From: Rotaria socialis
Lineage: Eukaryota
Reading direction: 5' to 3'
Length of the DNA stretch: 64,000 nt
Assembly (NCBI GenBank): GCA_905331295.1
Contig: CAJNYD010000373.1
Location: forward strand, 62,001 to 126,000
The notes beneath the pieces are model-generated. The model worked only from the letters and a program-made list of their open reading frames with translations, was not told the DNA's origin and made no database searches. This document shows positions 1-14,500 of the stretch, in pieces. A program made the position numbers and the translations under genes. Numbering within the stretch: the first letter of the stretch is position 1; each line of letters opens with the position of its first letter.

Positions 1-498
1 CTCGTTAAACAAAGAAAGCGTCATGCAGATATAAAGACAGTTTAACAATCGTATAAATAAATGAATAAATAACATGTTTCTCCATCAGGAATAAAAATTG
101 ATTTGCCGTCGGTTTTTTCCGATACGAGAAAAATAAAAATTTATATTTTCGCTATGTTACCGTTTGTAATATGATGTAGTAGAAAACAAAATTTATCTTG
201 TACGCGTAGAAAATAGTATGTTGAAAACAATATATATGATGTCATCAGACTAGTCAATCATTATAATAAATGGTCGATTTTTATTTAACAATATTCGATA
301 TTGCATGTCGATTAAGTCTCAATTATTTTTTTCTCGAAAAACATAAGAAGAAATTAATTGTTGTTATTGTGTTTTTTCTTTGTTCGACTTGTTGCGAAGA
401 GAAGAAAGCAGGATAAGTAGTAGAAAAATACTTCGGTTGTTATTTTAAGTTATTTCCACTTTACATCAACCGAGAAAGACAGAGAGAGAGAGATATCG

Positions 499-3400
499 AT
501 GCAGAAGTTCCCGCTTGAAACATATTCTTTAATTGAAATTTCAACATCTACAGATTCAAATCATCAACAAACTGCAATGAATACTGATGATATGAAACAG
601 CGAAGTACCGAATCATATTCATCTGAGCGTAATTCGAATAATCGTGTTCGTTTTCTCGAACCTTCTTCTGCTAATAATACAGCACCACAACATTCAAAAT
701 TAACAAAATTTGTTCCATCGTCTGAAAGTTTTGAAGCGACGTCCATAGAAAGCATCAATGATATTTATCAGGATGGACCTAATTCTGTTAGTCGTGGCCT
801 TCAAACAGATATTAGTAATGCATCAGTCATTGATTGGGTTTTAGGACAAAAGACTTCATCAACTGGCGATAGGTATATTAAGATTTAATTTATCAGCGAT
901 ATGATCTATAAGTACACATAAGTCAAGTGTCTTCTCATCGTGTTGGCCGTTCGTTTGCATAAACATAATACGAAAAGAGGAGAAGACGAAGAAGAAGAAG
1001 ACCTACCTTCTAAATAGTTTGAAAGTTACATATGATGACGAAAGACAATAAGTAAAAGAAAAGAACACTAAAAGAAGAGAGAGAATAAGAGAATGGTTCT
1101 AGTTTCGTGACTGTAATTTTACTATTTCATAAGTCAATAGACACTTACGAGTCGTTATCGTTAGAGAGAAGAAGAAGCAGAAAAAAGTGACCGGTTCAGA
1201 TTATAATCGATTGATATCAAACACGACAGTACTTCTTTATCATGGCAACTTTCGCTGTACGATCACATAGTTTAATAAATGCCGAAAAGCATTCATTACT
1301 AGTGAAACAACAAAGTTATCAGTAAAATCAAAGTACACATTAATTATGAATAGTTTTATTTTTTATCATTTAGTGCATATCGAAATGAACCACCTCAAGA
1401 TCCAGGCATAGAAAAAGATCGTGTGCGTGTTATCGTTCGGTAAGTTTTTAAATTTTAAATCCTCTTTAATCACATCTATATTTATGTTCTATAATTAGTG
1501 TTCGACCGTTGAATAGTCGTGAAACAGAAAAATCAGATCGGTCAATATTATTTTGCGAAGGTGAAAATTCTATTACAGTGAGTTATCTTTTTCATTGGTT
1601 TTAACACATTTTATCAAGTAAATAAAATAGGTTGAAGGCGCAAAACATAGTCGACGATTTACATTTGATAGTGCATTCGATGTAACATCAACACAAGAAG
1701 AAGTATTTCATTACAGTGGTATCAAACGTTTAGTCGATATGGCTATCGATGGGTAGATAATTTAAACATTCAATTAATAGAACTGTAAATTATCTTGTGG
1801 GAAATATTTTTGTAGATATATTTCAACTTGTTTTGCATACGGTCAAACCGGTAGTGGAAAAACGCATACCATGATTGGTCCAGGCGGCGCCAACATTGTA
1901 ATTATCTAGTACTTATGGTGGTAAAAAAAACAGAAAATATGGTTCGACATTTTTGATTTTAGTTTCGTATGGAGGAAAATTTTCGAATAAAAAACTTTGG
2001 TTTAGTTCCACGAGCAATTAATTATTTATTTCAACAATTACGAGAAAAATCTCATGAAACAAATGCTCCTTATTATATACGTGTATCTTATTGTGAAATC
2101 TATAATGAACAAGTATAAACATATATATATATATATATAAACATGAATTTGATATTTTTTTTATCATGAAAATGTATTTCTATTTTAGATTCATGATTTA
2201 ATTAGTCCATCACATAGTGATAATTTACAAATACGTGGTTCAATTGAAGATGGATTTTATGTTGAAAATCTTTTTCAAACATACATTGAAACTATGGATG
2301 AATTATTAACAATACTTGAAGAAGGTTTGCATAAAATTGAAGATAATTTGTTGTTGTTGTTGTTGTTGTTATTATTATAAAGATTATGTAAAAATAAAAT
2401 TATACTCATCTAGGCGAATTAAATCGAGCTATGGCTTCACATAATCTTAATGATACGTCAAGCCGTAGCCATGCAATGCTTTCAATTCAAATTGAACAAG
2501 ACATACAAGGAAACGATGATCTAAAAGAACAAATGACTCGACAAGGAAAATTAGTTTTTGTTGATTTAGCCGGTAAATTTCGTTAATTTTCTCTTCAGAT
2601 AAAAAATTTTGTTTACTTTTTAGGAAGTGAAAAAGTCAAAGTAAGTCTTTCAAAAGGGAAACAATTAACCGAAACCAATAATATCAATAAAAGTCTATTA
2701 GTACTAGGTAAAAAGATTTCTTTTTCCAAATCTTGAATTATTCCGAGTTCGTCTTTTTTTTGTCGTTAACAGGTACATGTATTTCGGCATTAAGTGATTC
2801 TGTTAAACGAGCTGGTCATATACCATATCGTGATTCAAAATTAACACGTCTTCTAGCAGATAGTTTAGGTGGACATGGCATAACGCTGATGGTTTGTTGA
2901 ATTAGAAGAATAAATTTAACAAAAATGGCACTATTATTTCTATTTAAGATTGCATGTATATCTCCAGCAAGTTCTTGTGAAAATGAAAGTTTGAGCACAT
3001 TACGCTACGCTAATCGTGCGAAAAATATTGAAAATGTTCCCATAGTAAAAACAGACTCGAAAGAAAATGTTATTAATCGTTTGAAACATGAAGTACGAAA
3101 ATTAAAAGATGAAAATCATGAATTAAGACAAAAATTAGGCTATCATTTAAATGTATTGCCTAAGCTCAAAAATCGTAATTCAGATTCCGGTTCACAAACT
3201 TCAATGCGTTCGTCAGCCAGTAGTGAAATATACGATACTCAGTAAATATTTTTCTTTGTGAATTCATCTTCTTTCTATTTATTCTGTTATTTCTTAGAGG
3301 TCAATTAAGTGGCACAACAACGAAAAAAATTCGAACCGATCATGAAATCTTAACAAGAGAAAACGAAAAACTCGTTAGAAAACTTGATCAAGCTATGAGA

Positions 3401-4018
3401 GAACACCAAGTACAACCCGGTGGAAAACATGTTCTTGTTGTTGAAGAAGATCATTCAAGACAAGACGTAAACTATTTTCATTCTAACAATGAATTGATTT
3501 CGCTTTTTGTTTGGTTTAGTTGAATCCATCACCTACACGCCGAATGAATAAAAGTTATACACAAGAGTCAAGTGGAGAATTGTTTGTATCATAGAAAATA
3601 ATTTTCATATCTGTAAAATTTTGCTTTTCTTTTGTTGAAAAACTATAGATCAGAAATTTTAAATCGTCCATCTTATGCATCAAAATATCGAACTGTTCGT
3701 GAAAGATATCCAGATGATACTTCACCTCAAAGACGTACAGCAACTATTGTACGACGTGTACCAGATTCTGCTATAGTAGAAGGTAAAACCAGTCAAAGGT
3801 TATCACTCGCAGGAATATCACCGAGAAGGACTAGAACTGATAATTATTTATTTTTTCTCATCGCACAAACGATATATTATAAAAGTTTTCATTCCTGAAA
3901 CTAAGCCTCGTCAAATATCATAATTGAAAAGTACCAGAGATACGTCAGTTTATTGTCTATAGAAATTTTAGACTATTCAAGTCCTCGAGTCCAAGCGCTC
4001 AGTAATCACGAGCAATAA
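499..4018 (+). CDS. KIF12: Kinesin motor protein, KIF12/kinesin-16-like, multi-exon
   Basis: Spliced exons give [41 protein letters not shown]-loop [12 protein letters not shown], switch I SSRSHAML, switch [27 protein letters not shown] and [15 protein letters not shown] followed by a coiled coil. Exon 1 (499-872, AG|GT) joins the exon at 1374 in phase. The last exon 3963-4018 ends in TAA. The subfamily call is from recalled similarity. Confidence 0.85.
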
Positions 4019-5243
4019 TCTATAAGATCGATTAGAAGAATGTTACTAGCGTTTAGAAGATATGGAAAAATATTCTTTTTAGAATGTTGAGAGCGAAACT
4101 ATGAAACTAAGTTGGAGACAATTTTTTTGTTTCGAAATCATTTGCTGAACTCTTTTCAATAACTTTTTCTTTTATATTTTTAGTTCGACGATAATTTTTG
4201 TTTCCATATCTATTAAATGGGCAAAAAAACGAACATTTATATAGAGTACAAGTCAATTGTCTTTGATTATTCTTCTTTTTTTCTTTTGTCGTTGGTATTC
4301 ACTTTTTTGTTCTCGGTCTCTCTGTCTCTCTCTTTCTTCCTCTACTCGTTTTACTTATATGTATAAAAAAGATACTTGAAATTAAATTTTCCGAAACAGC
4401 TGAATTCATATGTAAATTAAATCGAATAGGATCTATAATTATATATGATTAAAACAGGTGAAGACATTAATATTGTATCTTAGGTTCTTTCCTTTTCTTT
4501 TTAATTTTATCAACGGTCGATTGAAATTATAAATTAGATCGATGACCTTTTTTTCTTCGATGTGGATAATCACGTAATATCACCATTGTGTTTTCATTTT
4601 TCTCACCAAACATAACGATAAATGTTTGCCCTTTTGAAAAAACACGTTTTGCCATTATAAATAACAATCAGTCTTCTAATCGAGAAAAATTCACATGGAT
4701 GCCAAAACTAATAGATCACTATGTGTATAAATGAGATTAATGAGTGGAATTTTTCGCACTTATCAATCAAACTATATAGATACATTCACCTGTTTACTAC
4801 TGATCATATGTATTAACAAGAAAATCATCATAGACTACTGTCAATCAGATTGCAGAATCTTATCAGAAGAAAACTTGAATGTATATCATCAACAATTGTT
4901 CTCTGTTAATGAGCAGAGAAAAGAAATCAATTATTGATAAAGGTTACTCTGAATTGAAAAACAGTATTTTCTTGTTGTGACACTTCTTGGACAATGATTA
5001 TGAAACGGTGTATATATATGCACGTGTATAAATTTAAAAAGACGTTTTACGTCAAAACAATAGACATCTATATCAATGTCTGCTAGCTAGAACACAAGAT
5101 AAAAGAATGCATATTTTCGTTATTCGACTCCCGTTAGCAGTCTTTTATTATTACTTTTTATTATTAATATATTTTACATTCTAAAGGATAAAACACACGG
5201 ACACACAAATTTTGTCAAAACAAGAAAAGAAAAGAGTTGTCTT

Positions 5244-7178
5244 TTATTTATATGAAGTCGGTGGTGTCAATGGTAAACCATAAGAAGATGCATAATATGG
5301 TGTCGTAACAGCAAAATTACTTGTCGGTGTGTAAGGAAAGCTATTAAAAAATGATGAATAATTGTTTGCTGTATTGTTAACGGTTGCATTTGGATGATGA
5401 TGATTATGTTGATTATGATAATGATGAGTATGTGTAAATGCACTTGAAATATCTCCATTTGTCGTTGGATTTGATACAATATGATTTCCTCCTGTATATG
5501 GTGATTTCATAGCCGATTCAAATTGATGTTGAAATGTTGAATGATAAGCAACATTAGGATAGAGATAACGATGATGATATGATGATGCTACTGCCGACTG
5601 ATCATATGATGACCATGTTGGTGGTTCAATTTTACATATTGAGTCTGATGACGATGAAACAACTGAAGGAATATTAATTGGCGAAAGATCATGTTTATTC
5701 ATTAATGCTATTGATGATGATGATGATGATGGAATAGGTGGAGGAGAATTCGAATCACTATTTTCACTACTTCCACCACCACCGCCTATACTTCCATTAC
5801 TTGGTTGTGATAATGGACCAATTTTGTTTCGTAAAATACGTGAAATTGATGACACTGAAGGAACATTGAATTTATCGCATACATTATCTAATAATAATTT
5901 TTCTCGTATTTCCCACGCAAACATTCCTGGATCTTTAACTTTATAATCACGTATACGACCTACAACACGTGGTGTTGTTACGCGTGGTTTACTTCCACCT
6001 ATGGCACCTGGTAATACGGAACCTCCAACAAAAGAAAAAGCAAGACAGAAATAGAGAAAATAACCGTTGACTAAAATGAAAATTTACCTGTTTCATGATA
6101 ACGTGCAAGAATTTTACTAACACATCCATGTGATACTTTTAATTGACGACTAATATCACATGGTCGTACTCCTATGTTAGCCATGTCAACAATACGTAAA
6201 CGAATCGGTGTTGGTAATGGTCGTCCATTAACGAATACACCACCAAGTTGATTAACTTCTCCGTAGCTTTGATTTGAATTGCTGTCATTAAATGAATAGT
6301 CTATTGAAACAAAAATACAAAAAAATTATTTTTCATAAAAATATAAAACTTATTTAAATTTTCCCCATTTTTGTTTTACTATTCGTGTTTTATCGTCAAG
6401 ACTATAAAATATTCTCCGGAAGCACGTAGTTGTCATCATCATCGATCACATGTGCACGCACACAGTGGGAGCATCTCATTTTACAAACTCAACGTATCCG
6501 AAATGAGTCGAAGATGATTATTATCATTCAGCAAGATATGTATGTAGATTGATCATCGATCATTTTCTTTTCTAGTCTGATGAGTTGATGACATTATTTC
6601 CTTCGGATCGTATTTGGATTGGTTAAATACGAAAAATGAGATGTAACTTTTGTTTTGTTTATACTCGATAGCATATTTATTTACAAGAGTAGATGATAAC
6701 TCACTGTCAAAATATTGTTAATTGTCATTAGACATGTTCTAAGAAACTATAACTAAAACAAAACAAAACAAAAAGATCTAACGATTAACTTATTAGAATG
6801 CCAACTGGTCTAGAAGCAAGTGTTTCTGTCTATTTAGTAACATTTCATATTGATAAAAGACATGAGGAAAAACTCTACGGATATCGTCATCTTACTTGTC
6901 AAATATGATGTGTTCTTCTGATAAAAAAGTAGTCGAAAACTAGATTGACAAATCGAATTGTCTCTCTTTTTATTTTTGTATACTATTCTTTGTCTTTTCT
7001 TTTTATCTCGTTCTCGTAGTGGATATTTGCAAAAAAAAAAAAAAAAACTCAACAGTCATAGATGTAAATGTTCTAGTGTGTCACTGCATCAATATATACG
7101 AAAAAAGAAAATGATGAAACATTTTCGCTATCTCGTGCATACAATCGTCATTCATCTGTAGACAATTTACATACCCAT
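5244..7178 (-). CDS. Pax1/9: Paired-box transcription factor, Pax1/9 (Pox-meso) class, no homeodomain
   Basis: Exons ~7175-7178 (ATG G|gtatgt), ~6089-6300 and 5244-~6023 give [123 protein letters not shown] and ILARY are Pax1/9-type. The tail is S/H/Y-rich. The 4-nt first coding exon is inferred. Confidence 0.9.
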
Positions 7179-10100
7179 TGCAATCGTTGTATGTTCGTTG
7201 ATGTAGACAAGATGCAGGTAGGTTGATCTAGTTTGGCTATGCTCGATGTCTCGTGCTTGTATGCTGGGTTCGATTAATTCACGGTTCGATTCGGTTTTTC
7301 CGTTGCACTTGGTTTCACTCGAATTCACCTTAGTGCCGCTCGCTTTCAATTATATTTGCAGCGTAGCTTTTCTTTTTCTATCATTCGAGCTATCGATCTC
7401 TTCCTCTCTTCCTCTCTCTCTTAGCTTATATCTTTTTTTAGGTTTGCATTAACACTTATTTCTCTCGTTTTATCTCTCGCTCTGTGTTCTCGTCTTTTTG
7501 TACACTATCGAGTATCAACCATTAAGAGTTTTAGTTCTCTTACATGACACGTAAACGATTTTCTCTCTTCTTCTTCTTCTTCTTTTTCTTATTCGTCTCC
7601 GGTTGGCTTTTATTTTTTATGCCCGATGTTAGAGCTTATCATGAGCAGAAGAAGAAGAAAAAAAGAGGAGATGAATCGCTCGTTCCCTTGTATACAGATA
7701 CATATATATTTTGACCAATAAGCATGCAAATGAAATGCAAGAAAAGAGCAATCGATGAACAGAAGGAACGAATGAAAAGATTGAGTCGGAAGAAAAAGAG
7801 TCTACAATAAATTTATTCATTGATACTGTGATCTTTCCATTTATTGGATTATATCGTTGAAAAAACATTCATAGAAATAGAAAAAATATCTTTTGATTGA
7901 TATTAAAAATACAAATACTGAAGAAAACCTTACGTCAAATACCGACTTCTAAGCTTTTTCAAACAGATACATTTAAAAACAACCTGAATTATTAATTTCA
8001 ACTGGTAGAGCCTAACAAAGATTGCAGCACATCTTTAGTGATTTTTTGAAACTTAGTTGAAATAACCTTTTCAGCTATATACGCTTAATATGACGTTAAA
8101 CAACCATGAATCGATACGAAGTTGAAACACTGCCTAGATTTCAATTCATTTCTGCGTGCATAAGAATATACAATCATTCAAACTAAATTTGTGATTGACA
8201 ATATAGACTTTTGAATGAACAGATGCTTTTCAAACAGCTAAGATTATCAGATCGTGTATAAAAACGATTACTTCTAAAAGAATTCAGATAAAAAAGATTA
8301 CAATAATGTTGCTAGAATTAATTGCCGAAGAAGATTCTACGCTAACGAATCGTAAACATTCGAGAATATCTTGATAGCAAATGATGTTACAATCATGTTG
8401 AGAATTCGGTAGATTTGTCTTTACATTTGATTATCATAGACTGTCTTTGGACATTTCATGAAAGGCAAAAACAAAATAACCAGTCTATCAATGCCGTTGA
8501 TCGACTCTCTCACAAACCTTGTATACATGAATATGTATATATTGGCCGAAAGAGTATATAATGTGATGAAGACGATCAAATATCATTTACTAGTTACCAT
8601 ACGGTACTTTGCAACACATACTGCAAGAGAACAAATTGAGTCGATGACATTTGAAGAGACACACCGCTTTTACAGTATCATTATTTTCTCTTTCTCAATC
8701 TTTTTTCCCCTCATATTCATTGTTGATATTTAGTTATAGTGGCAGACAAGCGAAACGTCATTATTTTTGCTTGCCATCCACGCGTATATCTCTTCATTAG
8801 AGAATTTTTATAAAAAGCCAGCTGGATACATGTGGTACATTTTCTTTCGTTTTCACTCTCTTCAAAAAATGATTTTATTTTTTGTCTATTTTAATTTGAG
8901 CTTTTGATCTCGAAAATTGAGTAGGTATTTATATATGTGTATGCATGTACGTAGATAGACTTTCTCACTTGATAGAAAATGTCAAAATAACACTTGTTCT
9001 CTCTTCGTCTCAAGATAAATGTGTTGTGAAGAAGACACGTGTTGAAAACATCAATGTATCGATCGTTATTGATTAATAAGAGAAAGATGAGCTGTTTCTT
9101 TGGACTTTTTTTTTGCATTGTTAATGCCGACGCCGTTACGAAATTTAAGTCGGCAAACGGTTAAATATTTAGAAAAAAAAAATTCAAATGATCATCATTT
9201 GATCGACAAGGGATTTATATGAAAAGAAATCATCAATGAATGTGAATGAAATCAGATGTGTATATAATTTTCTTTTTCTTTTCTTTTTGAAATATCTGAC
9301 GCAAACAAATTGATAATGCTTAAATCATCAACTAGAAGAAAAGAAGATTTGACTTGCAAAACAAAACAATATTATTTAGTACAAAATAAATTAGGATATA
9401 TTGTTCATTGTTTTCACACTGTGTCTCTAATGGAACAATAAATAATAATGCGCGGCGTGTAAACTATGAAGTGATAGTGTGAAATAGATAGATACATTTC
9501 TCATCGTCACTTTGCAACTGACTCATGGCTTCTATCAATCGTGAACAACGCTAATGATTTGTTCGTCCCGACAAACAAAACACGTTTGTCGGCATGTCGA
9601 ATTAGGATACAGTCGGCACCTTTCTCTTCACTTTTTTTTTCGATTCAATAATATTGATATGGATATATAACGATCTAGTAATTTGTGTTCTTCGCTGTAT
9701 CCAATTACACGAGAAAATAAGCAACCAACTATTCTTGTTCCGGGTCAAACACAATCGGCAGCCCTCGGGCTGATAGTTTCAGAAGAAAGTAAGATTATCT
9801 GTAAGATGATGAAAGAAAGACGCGACTGTGCTCGTTGTCTAGTCGTATTCAATGTAAACTTTGATTGGTTTTTGTGTATGTATAAAAACGAGAAAAAGAG
9901 AAAACGACACTAAGTTGCAAATGAGCCATTTGACAATAAACATCCGTAAAAATGATGATAAATATGTTCGAATCTTTATTTGGAACGATCAATGGATCAT
10001 ACGGATTGTGCTATTGTTATATATGATTGTAAGCATGCATGTGTATGTTTGCAAGCAATCTCTCATCCTATATATATATGTAACTCGATTAACAAGATGA

Positions 10101-11542
10101 ATGGGTCATATCATCAAGAATTTTGTAAACAAATAATAGTACGGAAGAATTAAGGAAAATAGCAACCGGTGCAAGCAACGGCATGACGCTCGATTATCAT
10201 TATTTAATGGCACATGTTCTACAAGACAAGGAAAAGTTAAATCATTCTACAGTAATGATTATAGTATTTTTATGAGATAATTTGTTATTCTTAATGATTC
10301 TGACACTAGCCATAACTATTTTATTTATTGAAATTACACAATCGTCTTTGGCATTATTGATCAACTTTCTAGAAATACTTCTTAATGTGATATTGTTTTA
10401 CTTTTTTTTGAATACATTTAAAATGATAGAAAATATATCGAGTTGCTCACACGAATAGTTCTCATCGTAAGAGTTCTTATTATAGAAAGCTATTTATACT
10501 AATGAAGATAAGACACGAAGAAAGGTGGAAGTATTGATGAACTGTTAATTTTAAAGGGTCTACCTCGATAAAGTGGTTTCCATGAAAACAGAAATATCCA
10601 CGTGAGAAAAATATGATGAACATGTTATTTGAAATATAGATTAAAATTCATAAAATGGTTTTTAAATTCATACATCAACACATTTTCATTTGATTGATGA
10701 TTTTTTTTTTAATAGGAAACATATTAATTGAACAGTTACATCTAATGTAAAATAAAGAAATCATGAGAAGTGTTTTTTTTAGATACTAGCTATTTTTTTT
10801 AGAATGCAAGTCACGTTGATGACAATCATCAACGAAATGTTTTATCGTCATCAAATCGGCGGTTAGTAATAAGGAAGAATTCGATAATCAAAGAATATGA
10901 CAGGAATAATATTAAAAACTTTCTTTTCAAAATATATGTAGATGACGATGATTATCATATGATTTCTAAAACAAAAATATCCTTACAAAATCTATAGATA
11001 ACAACTTGTACGGTGATATTGTTGAGAATGAATTTTGAATTAAAAATTGTGTTCATGAAGTTAAATTATTCAATAATGATTATGTTGTCTGTGCTGATAC
11101 TGTTTTCTATTAAAATGATATAAATACCATTATGATTGTGAATGATCTGCTCAAATACGCATACATAAATCATCTACGTCTGCTTTAGGAGAAGAATTTT
11201 ACCAGTTCTGGACTTTCCTTTTAATAATCGAATGTAATAAGTAAACCATAGAAATCTTATCAATGACAGTTAAGTACAATGGTTGTCTATAGACCTATTT
11301 TCTTTTTAGAACAAAGTTTTGCATGAGTTATCTAGGTAAAACTATTGGAAAAGCTTTTATAAACGGCAATCAAATTTTTCAATTTAACACCAAGTACTTA
11401 CATGATTCAGTGAATACATAACTTTTCAAATATTTCACTAGTACTTTTCTGAAAAAAAAAGATATATTTTCTCTCTAAATTTTGTTTCTTTATTGAAAAT
11501 TAAAAAAATTAATTTTATCAAAAATAATAGGAAAATATGATT

Positions 11543-14500
11543 TCACTTTCTATTATAATTCTGTCGAGTATATGTAGATTTATTGCCACCTCTCCCTCGA
11601 TACGTTGTTCGTTGTTGCTGTTGATCATAGCGATTTGATGAAGCATAATCATTCGACGCTGAATTACTATTGTTTATCGGTGCAAATTGAGTTGTGGAAT
11701 AGTTAGATCTATTATCACGTGGTCTCGTTGGTTCTTGTTGCTGGCGATTATTATAACCTCTAGCATCTTCGCTTCTGAAATCATTAGAGTTTGTTGACGA
11801 CGAGGAAATAACTTTACACTGATAGCTATCAGGAATGACCTGCAACTGACGAAAATTTTGACTCCTATGAGAAAGCAAAAACTGATTTTAAGATATGAAG
11901 AAAACTAATCATAAATAGATGAATATGCAATATATCCTACCAATTAATAACAGTGCCGAAAGAGATTTTTTCAGCATCAAGACAATTTTCTATAATGACA
12001 ATAAAATATGCTTCATTATCTCGTCTGTTCCGATCGTTTACAATAGATTGACACACATTTAATTCATTTTGAGAGATATTAAAGCGGGTATGATTTTCAC
12101 TAAATGATCCACTAGTTCCTTTGACTTCAAAATAGCAATGTTTTGTTGTTGATCCTGAACCAGGAGCAAAGAGTTGTTGTGTATCTTGCAGTTCAAAATC
12201 ATAACCAGCTGAATCATCTACATGACGTCTATATTGTGGATAAATAGCCAGACGTGATGACGAACGCCAGTTGTTTATCTGTGTTACGTTTATTGGACCA
12301 TAAAGATTTTGTAGATAGACAAAAAAGAAATGTTCTGCATATTGACCAATACGAATTCGTTCGATCCCATCGACAATCAATGGATCTTTCCAAATCGTAG
12401 TCGTTTTCACATTTTGATGAAAATGATTCAATGTTTTCACTCGATTTCTATACATTTCATCGTCAGCAACTCGATTAGTTGCAATTGTAGTCATGGTAAC
12501 TTTTTCAAGATCTTGTTCAATAGTACAATATTTTCCTATGGATATAATCATTGATTCAATAGAATGATGATCCGTCGGAAAGAGTAAATCAATATATGAA
12601 TAGGTCGTTGAATCTGTACTAGCAACATTTGAAATGTGTTCAGAACGAAATGCTGTACATGTACTTATTTTTTGTTGAGCAATTGATTTAGCTTCGTCAA
12701 ATGGTACATGCTTTCGTTTATGCAATAGAGTTGTTAAAGCATAAATTGCAATAATTGCTTTTGACGTATCATCTTTTACATAGCCAGTACAAAGAAATAT
12801 TGTTTGATTAAATATCCAAAAAGGATAATCCCTACCTACCCTATACTTATTGATTTCATTTTCATTGTTTTCATCGATTGTGTCGATTATACATGAATCG
12901 GATAGAAGAAGAGTTACATTGGCATATTTGGCTGTGATTACTTCTATGTTTGGATCATTAAGAGTGTGACGAAATATGTCGCTTAATTGTTTGAGAGTAA
13001 ACTCAAGATTATGATTTTCATGTGTCCATAGAATTTTACTACGCCGTTCAATATAATCAATACCAAACGATGCTACTACTAATGGACATGTACGAGCAAT
13101 CAACGGTAAAATAAAATGACGTTTATCAACGTCTTGTGATAAATCATGAATAATTTTCGTTTCTAAACATGCGTAAATAATTGCATTAAATGTTTTTGTT
13201 ATAATTCGTCGATTAATTGTAAGAAGACCGATTTTCTTTCGTTGCAATTGGATGCCAGTCAAGTTTTTTAATCGTTCTGATAAGGAATTACACGTAAAAC
13301 TAAAACGCCATTCTAAATCTTCTCGACTACCGTATGTTGCTATTGGATGTTTATTTGTTACAATTGTACGATATAAATCAGTGTCTGACGAATTTTTTTG
13401 GACACATCTTAATATTAAACCTTCGAGATATTGATATAGAGTAATCATCATTTCCATACCATTCTCTGTTAGAGTTGTCGCACAATTGCCCAATGGAAAA
13501 AAATTATCTTTATCACGGCTTGCCAAATATATTGTAGTACAAATATGCTTAATATTTATTGTCGATGTGGATAAGCAACCTAGATAACAAAATAGATCTT
13601 TAAATTGCCAATAGATTTGATTAATTAATGGTGAAATTAGTTGTAGTTTAAGATATTTTGAAACAACTGCAGTACCATTGTGATGTTCTTCGTGATTCGA
13701 TATAATAAAAAGATCGTTTAATGCATAGAAATTTTGTTGATCAGGAAAATACAATTGACACGATAGGAGTATAGCATTTGAATTCGATTCAGTATGTTGT
13801 TGGTTAACATACAATTGTAAATGACTTAACCATTTAATATACAAGTCAATATTTGTATTTTTTTCATTGCTTAATAATTGTAATATAGTTACACATGTAC
13901 GAAGGTCATATTCAACACAAATGCCAAGATTTTTTGCTAATACATGACCATACGATGGAATAGTGATGCGTGGTAAAGATGGTAGATCATGAACAATTAT
14001 TTCATCAAATGTAGCTGAAACACGACTTATTTGTTGTTCGACTTTTGAATTATCAATCATTGGAAATTGACTAAGACAATCTTTTGTATTTTGATTTTGA
14101 TATGAAAGAATTAGTTCTCCTAGTCGAGCATATTTTTTATCGCTAAACATTGCTAATATTGGTAATAGTGGTAATTCCGTAATGGAATGAGCTTCTGGAA
14201 GATAAATTGATGCTCGTTGACAGCCCATTTCCAATAGAAAATATTCCCATTGAAGAATATCAAACAGATGATAATGAGAAATATTATGATAGGGAAACAT
14301 AATGGTCGATGAACTTGTTGGATGCATAAAAGATCGAATATCGATTCCGAACAGTGAAGGTAATACTGCGTTTTGAATTGAAGTAAGACTTGATGTTCCC
14401 AGGACTGGTACAAGAAATGGAATAGATTTATCTAATCTTTCTACATGAACTTTTAAATAGGATAGATCTTCCCATATCTCTTCGATTAATTTAATATCGG

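Noticed and set aside
6578..6600. CTGATGAG, resembling a hammerhead ribozyme core
   Set aside because: There is no stem II followed by GAAA and no supporting helices.
9545..9605. Hairpin CCGACAAAC/GTTTGTCGG with a TTTGTTCG miR-375-like seed
   Set aside because: Only the seed matches, and the pairing does not place it in a proper pre-miRNA 3' arm.
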